From positions 2,290,583-2,354,582 of the forward strand of contig OZ241903.1 of the NCBI GenBank assembly GCA_965203635.1: a DNA stretch of 64,000 bases. Reading direction: 5' to 3'. The position numbers were made by a program, and so were the translations under genes. A model generated the notes under the pieces. That model was not told the origin of the DNA, ran no database searches, and saw nothing but the letters and a program-made list of their open reading frames with translations. Source of the DNA: Candidatus Aldehydirespirator sp. Its GTDB lineage: Bacteria; Actinomycetota; Acidimicrobiia; Acidimicrobiales; Aldehydirespiratoraceae. Positions 11,491 to 21,175 of the stretch are shown in pieces; positions within the stretch are counted from its first letter, which is position 1; every line of letters begins with the position of its first letter.

Positions 11491-14400
11491 ATGGCTGCCG
11501 ACCCCGTACAGCCCCAGGGCCTCTACGACCCGCAGAACGAGCACGACGCCTGCGGCGTCAGCTTCGTGTGCAACATCAGCGGGAAGGCCTCCCACCGCGT
11601 GGTGGCTCTGGGCGTGCGGGCCCTGTGCAATCTCGAGCATCGGGGGGCATTGGGCGCCGACCCGCTCACCGGCGACGGCGCCGGCATCCTGATCCAGATA
11701 CCGGATCGCTTCCTGCGCGACGTGGTGGACTACGAGCTCCCGCCCGCGGGCCAGTACGCCACCGGCATCGGGTTCCTGCCTCCCGCCCACCATGACGCCG
11801 AGAAGGCGGCCGCGCAGGTGGAGCGCATCGTGCGGTCCGAGGGGCTCCATGTGATCGGATGGCGGGACGTCCCCGTCGACACCGCGGTGTTGGGCTCGGG
11901 CTCGCGGGCCGCGATGCCCAGCTTCCGTCAGGTGTTCATCGCCGGCGACGACCTCGCGGGCATCGATCTGGACCGGCGGGTCTACATCGTGCGCAAGCGC
12001 ATCGAGCACGAGATAGGGCCGGGGGGCGCCGGCTACGAGGCGGCCGAGGACGACGACGCGGCCATCGGCAACGCCGCACCGCCCCACACCGGGGTCTACT
12101 TCCCGAGCCTCAGCGCCCGGACGCTCGTCTACAAGGGGATGCTGATGTCCCGCCAGCTCACGTCGTTCTACGCCGATCTGCGCGACGAGCGGATCGAGAG
12201 CGCGCTGGCGCTGGTCCACTCCCGCTTCTCCACCAACACCTTCCCCTCGTGGCCGCTGGCCCACCCCTACCGGATGATCGCCCACAACGGCGAGATCAAC
12301 ACCATCGCCGGCAACCGCAACTGGATGCGGGCCCGTGAGACGCTGCTGTCGTCGCCGTCGCTGGAGGGCCTGGAGAGGGCCTTCCCCATCTGCACGCCCG
12401 GCGCCAGCGACACCGCCGGCTTCGACGAGGTGCTCGAACTCCTGACACTGGGCGGCTACTCGGTGGCCGAGGCGGTCCTGATGATGATCCCCGAGCCCTG
12501 GGAGCATCACGCCGAGATGGCCGCCGAGCGCAGGGCCTTCTACCAGTACCACGCCACCCGGATGGAGCCCTGGGACGGGCCGGCCTCGATCGCATTCACC
12601 GACGGGACCGTGATCGGAGCGGTTCTCGACCGCAACGGGCTGCGTCCCTCGCGCTACATGGTCACCAGCGACGGTCTGGTGGTCATGGCGTCCGAGACCG
12701 GCGTGATCGACGTTCCCCAACCTTCGGTGGTCGAGAAGGGCCGCCTGCAGCCCGGGCGCATGTTCCTGATCGACACCGCCGAGGGCCGCATCGTGCGCGA
12801 CGACGAGATCAAGGACCGCCTGGCCTCGGCCCGCCCCTACGGCCGGTGGCTGGACCGGAACCTGGTGCACCTCGACGACCTGCCCCGCCGGGAGCGGGAG
12901 ACACACGAGGGGTCGCTGATACAGCGCCAGCAGATGTTCGGCCACACCCACGAGGAGCACCGGCTGCTGCTGGCTCCCATGGCCATCGACGGCAAGGAAG
13001 CGTTGGGCTCTATGGGCACCGACACACCGCCGGCGGTGCTGTCAGACCGGGCCCGGCCGATCTACGACTACTTCAAGCAGCTCTTCGCGCAGGTCACCAA
13101 CCCGCCGCTGGACGCCATCCGGGAGGAACTCGTCACATCGCTGTACGCCCGGGTCGGCGGTGAGGGCAACCTCTTCGACCCCCAGCCGTCGTCGTGCCGG
13201 ACCGTTCACCTCGACAGCCCGGTCATCACCGACGAGGAGCTGGCCCGGCTGGTGGGCATTGACGGGCCCGGGGGTCTCGGGGACTTCCATGCCGAGATCC
13301 TCAGCGCGCTGTATCCGGTCGCCGACGGAGGCGAGGGTCTGCTCCGCGCTCTGGACGGGCTGTGCGAGGCGGCCTCGGAGGCCATAGCCGCGGGAGCCAA
13401 CATCCTGGTGGTGTCCGACCGGGGCAGCGACCAGCGGATGGCGCCGATCCCGTCGCTGCTGGCCGTCTCCGCCGTGCACCAGCACCTGGTGCGGGAGCGC
13501 ACCCGCACCCGGGTGGGGCTGGTGTCGGAGTCCGGCGACGCCCGCGAAGTCCACCACCTCTGCCTCCATCTCGGCTACGGCGCCAACGCGGTCAACCCCT
13601 ACCTGGCCTTCGAGACCATCACGCAGATGGTGTCGGAGGGACTCCACGGCCTGGACCCGTCGACGGGGGTCGAGGCCGCCCACCGCAACTTCGTGAAGGC
13701 CGCCTGCGCCGGGATCCTCAAGGTGATGTCCAAGATGGGCATCTCCACGGTGGCCTCCTACACCGGCGCCCAGATATTCGAGGCCATCGGGCTGGGCCCC
13801 GAGCTGGTGGACAAGCACTTCACCGGAACGGCCAGCCGCCTGGGAGGTATCGGTCTGGAAGAGATCGCGGCTGCGGTGGCGGTGCGCCACCGGCGGGCCT
13901 TCCCGGCGAACGCCGCCCGGCGGGCCCACCGCACCATCGAGGCCGGCGGCGAGTACCAATGGCGGCGCGAGGGCGAGTACCACCTGTTCAACCCCGAGAC
14001 CGTGTTCAAGCTCCAGCACGCCACCCGCGAGCGCCGCTTCGACATCTTCTCCGAGTACACCCGGCGCGTCGACGACCAGTCCAGCCGCCTGGGCACCCTG
14101 AGAGGGCTGTTCCGGCTCCGCACCGGAGCGCGGCCACCGGTGCCGCTCGACGAGGTCGAGCCGGTCGCGGCGATCATCAAGCGCTTCGCCACCGGCGCCA
14201 TGAGCTACGGATCGATCTCCAAGGAAGCCCACGAGACCCTGGCCGTAGCCATGAACCGCATCGGGGGCAAGTCCAACACCGGCGAGGGCGGCGAGGACGC
14301 CGACCGCTACGTAAGAGATCCCAACGGTGACTTGAGGCGCAGCGCGGTCAAGCAGGCCGCGTCGGGACGCTTCGGCGTGACCAGCGAATACCTGGTCAAC

Positions 14401-16101
14401 GCGGACGACATCCAGATCAAGATGGCCCAGGGGGCCAAGCCCGGCGAGGGAGGCCAGCTGCCGGGCCACAAGGTCTATCCGTGGATAGCCAAGACCCGGC
14501 ATTCCACGCCGGGGGTCGGCCTCATCTCCCCGCCGCCCCATCACGACATCTACTCCATCGAGGACCTGGCCCAGCTGATCCACGACCTCAAGAACGCCAA
14601 CCCCGCGGCCCGCATACACGTCAAGCTGGTGGCCGAGGTGGGGGTGGGCACGGTCGCCGCCGGGGTGTCCAAGGCCCACGCCGACGTGGTGCTCATCTCC
14701 GGCCACGACGGTGGCACGGGAGCATCGCCGTTGACATCCATCAAGCACGCCGGCGCGCCCTGGGAGTTGGGACTGGCCGAGACCCAGCAGACGCTGCTGC
14801 TCAACGACCTGAGGGACCGCATAGTCGTGCAGGTCGACGGTCAGCTCAAGACCGGCCGCGACGTGATGATCGCCGCGCTGCTGGGAGCCGAGGAGTTCGG
14901 CTTCGCCACCGCGCCCCTGGTGGTGATGGGCTGCGTGATGATGCGGGTGTGCCACCTCGACACCTGCCCGGTCGGCGTGGCCACCCAGAACCCCGAGCTG
15001 CGCAAGAAGTTCTCGGGACAGCCGGAGTTCGTGGTCAACTTCTTCGAGTTCATCGCCACCGAAGTACGGGCCCTGCTGGCGGAACTGGGCTTTCGCAGCA
15101 TCGAGGAGGCGGTCGGCCAGGTGGAGATGCTCGACGTGGCCGACGCGGTCGAGCATTGGAAGGCGTCGGGGTTGGACCTCACGCCCATCCTGCACCTGCC
15201 GACCATCCCCGACGATGCCGTACGCCACCAGCGAGCCGAGCAGGACCACGGCCTGGACCGGGCCCTCGACCAGATGCTGATCCAGCTCGCCGAGGGCGCT
15301 CTGTCCGACAGCCGTCCGGTGACCATCGACATTCCCATCCGCAACACCAACCGCACGGTGGGCACGCTGCTCGGCAGCGAGGTCACCCAGCGTTACGGCG
15401 CGGCCGGCCTGCCGGATGACACCATCGTCGTGAACTTCACCGGCTCGGCCGGAACGTCCTTCGGGGCGTTCGTGCCCCGGGGTATAACCCTGCGTCTTGA
15501 GGGCGACGCCAACGACTACGTCGGCAAGGGCCTGTCGGGCGGTCGCATCGTCGTGCGCCCGCCGGCCGACGCCAACTTCGCGGCGGAGCGCAACGTCATC
15601 GCGGGCAACGTCATCGGCTACGGCGCCACCTCGGGCGAGATGTACCTGCGGGGCCTGGTGGGGGAGCGGTTCTGCGTGCGCAACTCCGGGGCCATCGCGG
15701 TGGTCGAGGGCGTCGGCGACCACGGGTGCGAGTACATGACCGGCGGGCGGACGGTGGTCCTGGGCCCGGTGGGCCGCAATTTCGCGGCCGGAATGTCGGG
15801 CGGTGTCGCCTTCGTCTACGACCCCGGCGGCAAGCTGCCGGTGCGGGTGAATCCCGAGATGGTGGAGCTGGAGGAACTCGACGGCGAGGACTTCGTGTGG
15901 CTGCGGCACCGGGTGGAGCGCCATCGCCACGAGACCGGCAGCGAGGTGGCAGCCCGGCTGCTCGGCGACTGGGCCTCGGCCTCGAAGAAGTTCGTCAAGG
16001 TGATGCCCGTCGACTACAAGCGGGTGCTCCTGGCGGCCGAGCAGGCCCGGGCCTCCGGCACCGACGAGGTGGCCGCGGTGATGGCCGCAGCCCACGGGTG
16101 A
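11491..16101 (+). CDS. gltB: glutamate synthase large subunit
   Basis: 1536 aa. The N-terminal CGVSF amidotransferase nucleophile, FMN and 3Fe-4S regions, and the GXGXG C-terminal domain are all recognisable. Confidence 0.97.
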   Translation: MAADPVQPQGLYDPQNEHDACGVSFVCNISGKASHRVVALGVRALCNLEHRGALGADPLTGDGAGILIQIPDRFLRDVVDYELPPAGQYATGIGFLPPAHHDAEKAAAQVERIVRSEGLHVIGWRDVPVDTAVLGSGSRAAMPSFRQVFIAGDDLAGIDLDRRVYIVRKRIEHEIGPGGAGYEAAEDDDAAIGNAAPPHTGVYFPSLSARTLVYKGMLMSRQLTSFYADLRDERIESALALVHSRFSTNTFPSWPLAHPYRMIAHNGEINTIAGNRNWMRARETLLSSPSLEGLERAFPICTPGASDTAGFDEVLELLTLGGYSVAEAVLMMIPEPWEHHAEMAAERRAFYQYHATRMEPWDGPASIAFTDGTVIGAVLDRNGLRPSRYMVTSDGLVVMASETGVIDVPQPSVVEKGRLQPGRMFLIDTAEGRIVRDDEIKDRLASARPYGRWLDRNLVHLDDLPRRERETHEGSLIQRQQMFGHTHEEHRLLLAPMAIDGKEALGSMGTDTPPAVLSDRARPIYDYFKQLFAQVTNPPLDAIREELVTSLYARVGGEGNLFDPQPSSCRTVHLDSPVITDEELARLVGIDGPGGLGDFHAEILSALYPVADGGEGLLRALDGLCEAASEAIAAGANILVVSDRGSDQRMAPIPSLLAVSAVHQHLVRERTRTRVGLVSESGDAREVHHLCLHLGYGANAVNPYLAFETITQMVSEGLHGLDPSTGVEAAHRNFVKAACAGILKVMSKMGISTVASYTGAQIFEAIGLGPELVDKHFTGTASRLGGIGLEEIAAAVAVRHRRAFPANAARRAHRTIEAGGEYQWRREGEYHLFNPETVFKLQHATRERRFDIFSEYTRRVDDQSSRLGTLRGLFRLRTGARPPVPLDEVEPVAAIIKRFATGAMSYGSISKEAHETLAVAMNRIGGKSNTGEGGEDADRYVRDPNGDLRRSAVKQAASGRFGVTSEYLVNADDIQIKMAQGAKPGEGGQLPGHKVYPWIAKTRHSTPGVGLISPPPHHDIYSIEDLAQLIHDLKNANPAARIHVKLVAEVGVGTVAAGVSKAHADVVLISGHDGGTGASPLTSIKHAGAPWELGLAETQQTLLLNDLRDRIVVQVDGQLKTGRDVMIAALLGAEEFGFATAPLVVMGCVMMRVCHLDTCPVGVATQNPELRKKFSGQPEFVVNFFEFIATEVRALLAELGFRSIEEAVGQVEMLDVADAVEHWKASGLDLTPILHLPTIPDDAVRHQRAEQDHGLDRALDQMLIQLAEGALSDSRPVTIDIPIRNTNRTVGTLLGSEVTQRYGAAGLPDDTIVVNFTGSAGTSFGAFVPRGITLRLEGDANDYVGKGLSGGRIVVRPPADANFAAERNVIAGNVIGYGATSGEMYLRGLVGERFCVRNSGAIAVVEGVGDHGCEYMTGGRTVVLGPVGRNFAAGMSGGVAFVYDPGGKLPVRVNPEMVELEELDGEDFVWLRHRVERHRHETGSEVAARLLGDWASASKKFVKVMPVDYKRVLLAAEQARASGTDEVAAVMAAAHG

Positions 16102-16113
16102 GGCTGGCGGGCT

Positions 16114-17577
16114 ATGGCTGATCCGCGGGGGTTCCTGACGCACACCCGGGAGCTCCCGACCCGCCGGCCGGTGCCGGTACGGCTGCGCGACTGGCGCGAG
16201 GTGTACGAGCGCTTCCCGGCGGACAAGCTCCGGCAGCAGGCGTCGCGCTGCATGGACTGCGGGATCCCGTTCTGCAACAGCGGCTGCCCGCTCGGCAACC
16301 TGATCCCCGACTGGAACGACCTGGTGTACCGGAAGCACTGGCGGCGGGCCATCGAGCGCCTGCACGCCACCAACAACTTCCCCGAGTTCACCGGCCGGTT
16401 GTGCCCCGCGCCGTGCGAGGCGGCCTGCGTTCTGGGCATCCACGAGCCTCCGGTCACGATCAAGCAGGTCGAGGTGGAGATCGTCGACCGGGCCTGGGCC
16501 GAGGGCTGGATCGTGCCCCAGCCCCCTGCGGTCCGCACCGACCGCAGCGTGGCCGTGGTGGGGTCGGGGCCGGCCGGGCTGGCCGCGGCCCAGCAGCTGA
16601 CCAGGGCCGGCCACGAAGTGGTCGTGTTCGAGCGGGCCGACCGGATCGGCGGTCTGCTGCGATACGGGATCCCCGAGTTCAAGATGGAGAAGCGCCATCT
16701 GGACCGCCGCCTGGCCCAGATGGAGGCCGAGGGAACCGGATTCCGGGCGGGTACCGACGTCGGCTCCGACGTGACCGCCGAGGAATTGCAGGACTCCTTC
16801 GATGCGGTGGTGCTGGCGTGCGGGGCCACGGCCTGGCGCGATCTTCCCATCCCGGGCCGGGAGCTGCGGGGCGTGTACCAGGCCATGGAGTACTTGCCGC
16901 TGGCCAACCGGGTGCAGGAGGGCGACCTCGACTCCTCGCCCATCACCGCGGAGGGCAAGCGGGTGGTGATCATCGGCGGTGGCGACACCGGGGCCGACTG
17001 CCTCGGGACTGCCCACCGCCAGCGGGCCGCCTCGATCCGGCAGTTCGAGATCATGCCCCGCCCGCCCGACGAGCGTCCCGACGCCAACCCGTGGCCTACA
17101 TGGCCCATGATCTACCGGGTGTCCTCGGCCCACGAGGAGGGCGGCGAGCGCGACTACGCCATCAACACCACCGAGTTCATAGGCGACGGCGACGGCAACC
17201 TGGCCGCGCTGGCCACAATCCGGGTCGAGCAGTCGCTGGTGGACGGCCGGATGCAGTTCGATCCGATTCCGGGGACCGAGGAGGAGATACCCGCGGAGAT
17301 GGTCCTGCTGGCCATGGGCTTCACAGGTCCGGAGCGGGGCCCGCTGATCGAGCAGTTCGGTGTGGAGTTGGATGCCCGGGGCAACGTGGCCCGCGACGGG
17401 AACTGGGCCACCAGCGTCGAGGGCACCTATGTGTGCGGTGACATGGGACGGGGCCAGAGCCTCATCGTGTGGGCCATAGCCGAGGGCCGGGCCTGCGCGG
17501 CGGCGGTGGACGCCTACCTGACCGGCTCGACCGACCTTCCTGCCGTGGTCACGCCTGCTTCGATGCCGTTGAGGTGA
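16114..17577 (+). CDS. gltD: glutamate synthase small subunit (NADPH)
   Basis: 487 aa. CMDCGIPFC, CPLGNLIP and GRLCPAPCE Fe-S motifs, plus VVGSGPAGLAAA FAD/NAD motifs. Confidence 0.95.
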   Translation: MADPRGFLTHTRELPTRRPVPVRLRDWREVYERFPADKLRQQASRCMDCGIPFCNSGCPLGNLIPDWNDLVYRKHWRRAIERLHATNNFPEFTGRLCPAPCEAACVLGIHEPPVTIKQVEVEIVDRAWAEGWIVPQPPAVRTDRSVAVVGSGPAGLAAAQQLTRAGHEVVVFERADRIGGLLRYGIPEFKMEKRHLDRRLAQMEAEGTGFRAGTDVGSDVTAEELQDSFDAVVLACGATAWRDLPIPGRELRGVYQAMEYLPLANRVQEGDLDSSPITAEGKRVVIIGGGDTGADCLGTAHRQRAASIRQFEIMPRPPDERPDANPWPTWPMIYRVSSAHEEGGERDYAINTTEFIGDGDGNLAALATIRVEQSLVDGRMQFDPIPGTEEEIPAEMVLLAMGFTGPERGPLIEQFGVELDARGNVARDGNWATSVEGTYVCGDMGRGQSLIVWAIAEGRACAAAVDAYLTGSTDLPAVVTPASMPLR

Positions 17578-18444
17578 TCAGGCCAGTGAGGCGAAGACGA
17601 TGACGTTCTCCTCGTAGGTCCTCACGCCGAAATCGAAGTCGCCGCCGCAGGTGACCAGCCTGAGCGTCGGCTGTTCGGTGGGTCCGTAGACCGCGTCGGT
17701 GGGGAATTCGTCCTTGTCGTGGCTCTCCAGGAAGTCGACCACGTAGCTGACGGTCGATCCGTCCACCCGGTCGACGTGGATCTCGTCGCCGGCCTTCATG
17801 TACCGCAAGTCGAAGAACACGGCCGGACCTTCCTCCTGGGAGTCCACATGGCCGAGAATCACGGCCGGTCCAGTCTCGCCCGGTTCGGGACCGCCCAGCC
17901 ACCAGCCCGCCTCGTCGGGGTTCTCCGGTATCTCGATCGATCCGTCCTCTTGAAGGCCGAGGGGGATGATCGAGGCCTCCACGCCGAGCCTCGGGATGCG
18001 GATGACGGCGGGGTTGGGCGCCTGCATCCGGGCGTCGTTGACCGCGTCGAGGCTCAAGTGGCCCGCCAGCGGCGAGTAGTCCCACGACGTCCCGGCGGCG
18101 TCGGTGACCGTCGTGGCGGGGGCGAGGGCGGGCTCGGCAACCGAGGCCGCCGGCTCCACCGCGATGAGCGTCGTTCCTGCGCTGGTCGTCGCCGCTTCCG
18201 GGTCCGTCGTCGAGTTCTCCGTCGCCACTGCCGGTGCCTCTGTTGCGGCCGTCGGTGTCGATTCTGGAGCGGCTGTGGCCGGCGGGTCGGCGGCGGTGTC
18301 GCTCGAGGTTGCCGGCGTGGAACTGGCGGGCGCCGGAACCACCACCCGGGCAGGGTCGGAGCTGCAGGACGCGACTGCGGCAGCGGCGATGAGAGCCGCT
18401 GCCGCAGTCCGCAGTCTTGCCGCTGAGGGCCTGGTGTTCGCCAT
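17578..18444 (-). CDS. sortase, class F-like, with lipoprotein-type N-terminus
   Basis: AVILGHVDS (His), LRLVTCGG (Cys) and a C-terminal Arg region. N-terminal AAVASCSS lipobox and a Pro/Thr/Ala-rich linker. Last gene of the minus-strand surface-protein cluster. Confidence 0.85.
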   Translation of the reverse strand: MANTRPSAARLRTAAAALIAAAAVASCSSDPARVVVPAPASSTPATSSDTAADPPATAAPESTPTAATEAPAVATENSTTDPEAATTSAGTTLIAVEPAASVAEPALAPATTVTDAAGTSWDYSPLAGHLSLDAVNDARMQAPNPAVIRIPRLGVEASIIPLGLQEDGSIEIPENPDEAGWWLGGPEPGETGPAVILGHVDSQEEGPAVFFDLRYMKAGDEIHVDRVDGSTVSYVVDFLESHDKDEFPTDAVYGPTEQPTLRLVTCGGDFDFGVRTYEENVIVFASLA

Positions 18445-18475
18445 GAACTCCCGCCCCTCGCGGGTTGGTTGTCTG

Positions 18476-19087
18476 TTAGGCGTGACGCCGGGTGACGAGC
18501 GCAGCCCCGCCGAGCAGGGTCACCGCGGCGATGGTGGCGGCCAGCGGCACGGCGACGCTGTTGCCGTCGGATCCGGCCATGCCGCCGAAGCCCGTCTCGG
18601 CTGCACCCTCGGGAGCCATGTCGTCGCCCATGTCGTCGCCCATGTCGTCGCCCATGTCCTCCGCGATGAAGAGCACTGGAGCAGCGCTGTCCTCAGTGAC
18701 GGCGACATCGCCCGCGCCGAACGCGAAGTTCGCCGGGACATCGTGGGTGATATCGACCGTGAAGGTGCCATCAGCGCCCACCGTGATGGGCGCGCCGAGG
18801 GGTGCGAGGATGCAGTCGGCCTGACCCATGCCCTCCAAAGCGGCCACTATCGCGTCGGTTGACGACGCGGTCGTGAGCTGCTCGCCGGGGACGGTGCAGG
18901 GCACAATGAAGACGGTCAGGCCTGCACTCCAGCCCGATCCGGTGAGCGTGAAGGTGTGGGTCCCCGGTCCGTCCACGGCCGGCGGGTCTGCTGTGAGCAA
19001 CGGCCCGTCCTGAGCCGAGGCCTGGCTGGTCAGCACAAACAGGGCCAACAGGCTGGCCACGGCTGTCAGTGCCACGATTCTCTTCAT
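18476..19087 (-). CDS. secreted surface protein, paralog 1 (predicted sortase substrate)
   Basis: Signal peptide MKRIVALTAVASLLALFVLTSQASAQ and a ~110-aa two-Cys domain (TLTGSGWSAGLTVFIVPC). (DDMG)n stalk, then AAETG-FGGMAGSDGNSVAVP-TM helix-RRHA. Confidence 0.85.
   Translation of the reverse strand: MKRIVALTAVASLLALFVLTSQASAQDGPLLTADPPAVDGPGTHTFTLTGSGWSAGLTVFIVPCTVPGEQLTTASSTDAIVAALEGMGQADCILAPLGAPITVGADGTFTVDITHDVPANFAFGAGDVAVTEDSAAPVLFIAEDMGDDMGDDMGDDMAPEGAAETGFGGMAGSDGNSVAVPLAATIAAVTLLGGAALVTRRHA
18617..18664. repeat. 12-bp tandem repeat encoding (DDMG)n stalk of paralog 1
   Basis: CATGTCGTCGCC x3 plus a degenerate fourth unit. Confidence 0.85.
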
Positions 19088-19135
19088 GTGTTGTGTCCTT
19101 TCGCGGATCCAGCAGATCTACTGCGAGTGCGGCCG

Positions 19136-19141
19136 AGTATA
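19136..19141 (-). promoter_or_regulatory. candidate -10 box (TATACT) for paralog 1
   Basis: CTGAGCATGGGTATACT is conserved upstream of both paralog 1 and paralog 2, about 50 nt before each ATG. No convincing -35. Confidence 0.35.
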
Positions 19142-19174
19142 CCCATGCTCAGACGGCCGGTGTGGGGACGTAAC

Positions 19175-19247
19175 GCGACTGCGGCAGCGACAATGATGCC
19201 GCTGCCGCAGTCCGCAGTCTCTCCGCCTAGGGCCTGGCGTCCGTCAT
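19175..19247 (-). pseudogene. fossil 5' end of the sortase gene (copy A)
   Basis: Aligns with sortase codons 1-25 (18371-18444). Reads ATG ACG GAC GCC AGG CCC TAG, with TAG where the sortase has TCA. Contains the same CTGCGGCAGCG...CGCTGCCGCAG hairpin. Confidence 0.55.
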
Positions 19248-19278
19248 GAACCCCGGCCCCGAGCGGGCTGGTATTTCG

Positions 19279-19869
19279 TCAGGCTTGGCGTCGGGAGACC
19301 AGCACGGCCCCGCCGAGCAGGGTCACCGCGGCGATGGTGGCGGCCAGCGGCACGGCGACGCTGTTGCCGTCGGATCCGGCCATGCCGCCGAAGCCCGTCT
19401 CGGCTGCACCCTCGGGAGCCATGTCGTCACCCATGTCGTCGCCCATGTCGTCCATCGGCGCACCGATGAACACCGGCGCGGCGCCAGACTCTGTCTGTGC
19501 AGCATCGCCGGCAACCCAGACGAAGTTCTGTCCGACTGTCGCCGAGACCGTGGCGCTGAAGGTGCCGTCGGCGCCGACTACCGCGGGCGTCAGGCTGCCG
19601 AGATCGCAATCGGTCTGGCCGATTCGCCCAATGGCCTCCGCGGCGTTCTCAGGGGTCATCGGGTCGCCGGGCGCGGTGCACGGCAGCACGAACAGCGCAA
19701 GACCGGCAGTGAACCCGGATCCGCTGACGGTGAAGGTGTAGTCGCCCTCGGCCGGCACGTAGGCGGGGTCCGCCGTCAGGGACGGCCCGCCCTGAGCATG
19801 GGCCTGGCTCGTCAGCACGAGCAGGGCCAGCATGCTCACTGCGGCCGTGAGTGCCATGATTCTCTTCAT
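19279..19869 (-). CDS. secreted surface protein, paralog 2 (predicted sortase substrate)
   Basis: MKRIMALTAAVSMLALLVLTSQAHAQ, then the same two-Cys domain and DDMGDDMGDDM stalk. AAETG-FGGMAGSDGNSVAVP-TM-RRQA. Confidence 0.85.
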   Translation of the reverse strand: MKRIMALTAAVSMLALLVLTSQAHAQGGPSLTADPAYVPAEGDYTFTVSGSGFTAGLALFVLPCTAPGDPMTPENAAEAIGRIGQTDCDLGSLTPAVVGADGTFSATVSATVGQNFVWVAGDAAQTESGAAPVFIGAPMDDMGDDMGDDMAPEGAAETGFGGMAGSDGNSVAVPLAATIAAVTLLGGAVLVSRRQA

Positions 19870-19922
19870 CTGTGTTCCGTCCTTTCGCGGACTCGGCGGA
19901 AGGTCTCCCGCATGTGCGTGAG

Positions 19923-19928
19923 AGTATA
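19923..19928 (-). promoter_or_regulatory. candidate -10 box (TATACT) for paralog 2
   Basis: Same conserved CTGAGCATGGGTATACT block as upstream of paralog 1. Confidence 0.35.
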
Positions 19929-19960
19929 CCCATGCTCAGGCGGCGGATAATGCAGGTAGC

Positions 19961-20034
19961 GCGACTGCGGCAGCGGCCACTAGTGCCGCTGCCGCAGTCC
20001 GCAGTCTCTCCGCCTAGGGCTTGGTGTCCGTCAC
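19961..20034 (-). pseudogene. fossil 5' end of the sortase gene (copy B)
   Basis: GTG ACG GAC ACC AAG CCC TAG. It has the same premature TAG at codon 7 as copy A. A 13-bp perfect hairpin stem lies at 19965-19997. Confidence 0.55.
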
Positions 20035-20065
20035 GAACTCCTGCCCCGGGCGGGCTGGTATTTCG

Positions 20066-21088
20066 TTAGGCGTTGCGTCGGGAGACCAGTACGGCGCCGC
20101 CGAGCAGCGTCACTGCGGCGATGGTGGCGGCCAGCGGGACGGCCAGGCTGTTGCCGTCGGATCCGGCTGTGCCGCCGAAGCCCGTAGCAGCTCCGCCCTC
20201 GGGAACCATGTCGTCACCCATGTCCTCGACCATGTCGTCGTCGGCCATGTCGTCGGTCATGTCGTCGGTCATGTCGTCGGTCATGTCGTCGTCGGTCATG
20301 TCGTCGGTCATGTCGTCGTCGGTCATGTCGTCGGTCATGTCGTCGTCGGCCATGTCGTCAGTCATGTCGTCGTCGGCCATGTCGTCGTCGGCCACGTCCT
20401 CTCCTTCAGCGGGGGCCTCTTCCTCGGCAGGAGCCTCTTCCTCGGCAGGAGCCTCTTCCTCGGCAGGAGCCTCTTCCTCGGCGGGGGCCTCTTCCTCGGC
20501 GGGGGCCTCTTCCTCGGCGGGCGCTTCTTCTTCGGCCGGTGCTTCTTCTTCAGCGGGCGCTTCTTCTTCGGCCGGTGCTTCTTCTTCAGCGGGAGCTTCT
20601 TCTTCGGCCGGTGCTTCTTCTTCAGCGGGGGCCTCTTCCTCGGCAGGAGCCTCCTCTTCGGCCGGTGCTTCCTCTTCGACCATCGGCTCTCCGACCTTGA
20701 TGACGGCAGTGGCGCCCGACTGGGGAGCCACGGTGAACACCAATATCACGAGCCCTTCGGCCGGAACGTCGACGGTTATCGACGTCGAGAATGACCCTCC
20801 CGGAGCTGAGATCGTTGAGCCCATGTCCGTCAAGAGGTTGGGGCAGTTGGTGGTGGTCGCCGTTTGATCGATAACGTCGGGCACGACGCCTCCGAAGCCA
20901 GTGCACGCGGTGATCGCCGGGTTTGCTGGGAAGCCGCTTCCAGAGACCGTGACCGTGTGGGTGCCTGCTGAGCTGACATACTCCGGGTCTATCGTCACCG
21001 TCTGCACCGATTGCGCGCTCGCCTGGGTTGTCAGCGCGAACAGGGCCAACAGGCTCACTGTGGCCGTCAGTGCCATGATCTTCTTCAT
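20066..21088 (-). CDS. secreted surface protein, paralog 3, with expanded acidic repeat stalk (predicted sortase substrate)
   Basis: Start set at internal ATG 21088 (MKKIMALTATVSLLALFALTTQASAQ) by homology with paralogs 1 and 2. About 15 EEEAPA units, then a long DDM(T/A/G) tract, then GAATG-FGGTAGSDGNSLAVP-TM-RRNA. Confidence 0.85.
   Translation of the reverse strand: MKKIMALTATVSLLALFALTTQASAQSVQTVTIDPEYVSSAGTHTVTVSGSGFPANPAITACTGFGGVVPDVIDQTATTTNCPNLLTDMGSTISAPGGSFSTSITVDVPAEGLVILVFTVAPQSGATAVIKVGEPMVEEEAPAEEEAPAEEEAPAEEEAPAEEEAPAEEEAPAEEEAPAEEEAPAEEEAPAEEEAPAEEEAPAEEEAPAEEEAPAEEEAPAEEEAPAEGEDVADDDMADDDMTDDMADDDMTDDMTDDDMTDDMTDDDMTDDMTDDMTDDMADDDMVEDMGDDMVPEGGAATGFGGTAGSDGNSLAVPLAATIAAVTLLGGAVLVSRRNA
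20207..20400. repeat. 12/15-bp tandem repeats encoding the Asp/Met-rich tract (DDMT/DDDMT/DDMA)
   Basis: Runs of CATGTCGTCGGT / CATGTCGTCGTCGGT on the plus strand. Confidence 0.9.
20404..20680. repeat. 18-bp tandem repeat, about 15 units, encoding (EEEAPA)n
   Basis: GGCCTCTTCCTCGGCRGG / GCTTCTTCTTCGGCCGGT variants repeated head to tail. Confidence 0.9.
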
Positions 21089-21175
21089 CTGAGCTGTCCT
21101 TTCGTGGAGCCGGCAACTCTGTGCCAGCACCGTCACTTGGGAGGAGGATACACATCGGATGGGAGCCGGGTCCAC

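Noticed and set aside
13042-17133. 1363-aa ORF on the minus strand
   Set aside because: It is antisense to gltB/gltD, which are unmistakable. Its translation is Arg/Gly/Pro/His-rich low complexity, typical of shadow frames in high-GC DNA.
17572-17583. gltD and the sortase stop codons abut as TGATCA with zero intergenic bases
   Set aside because: It is real in the sequence but is most simply tight convergent packing. No functional claim is made.
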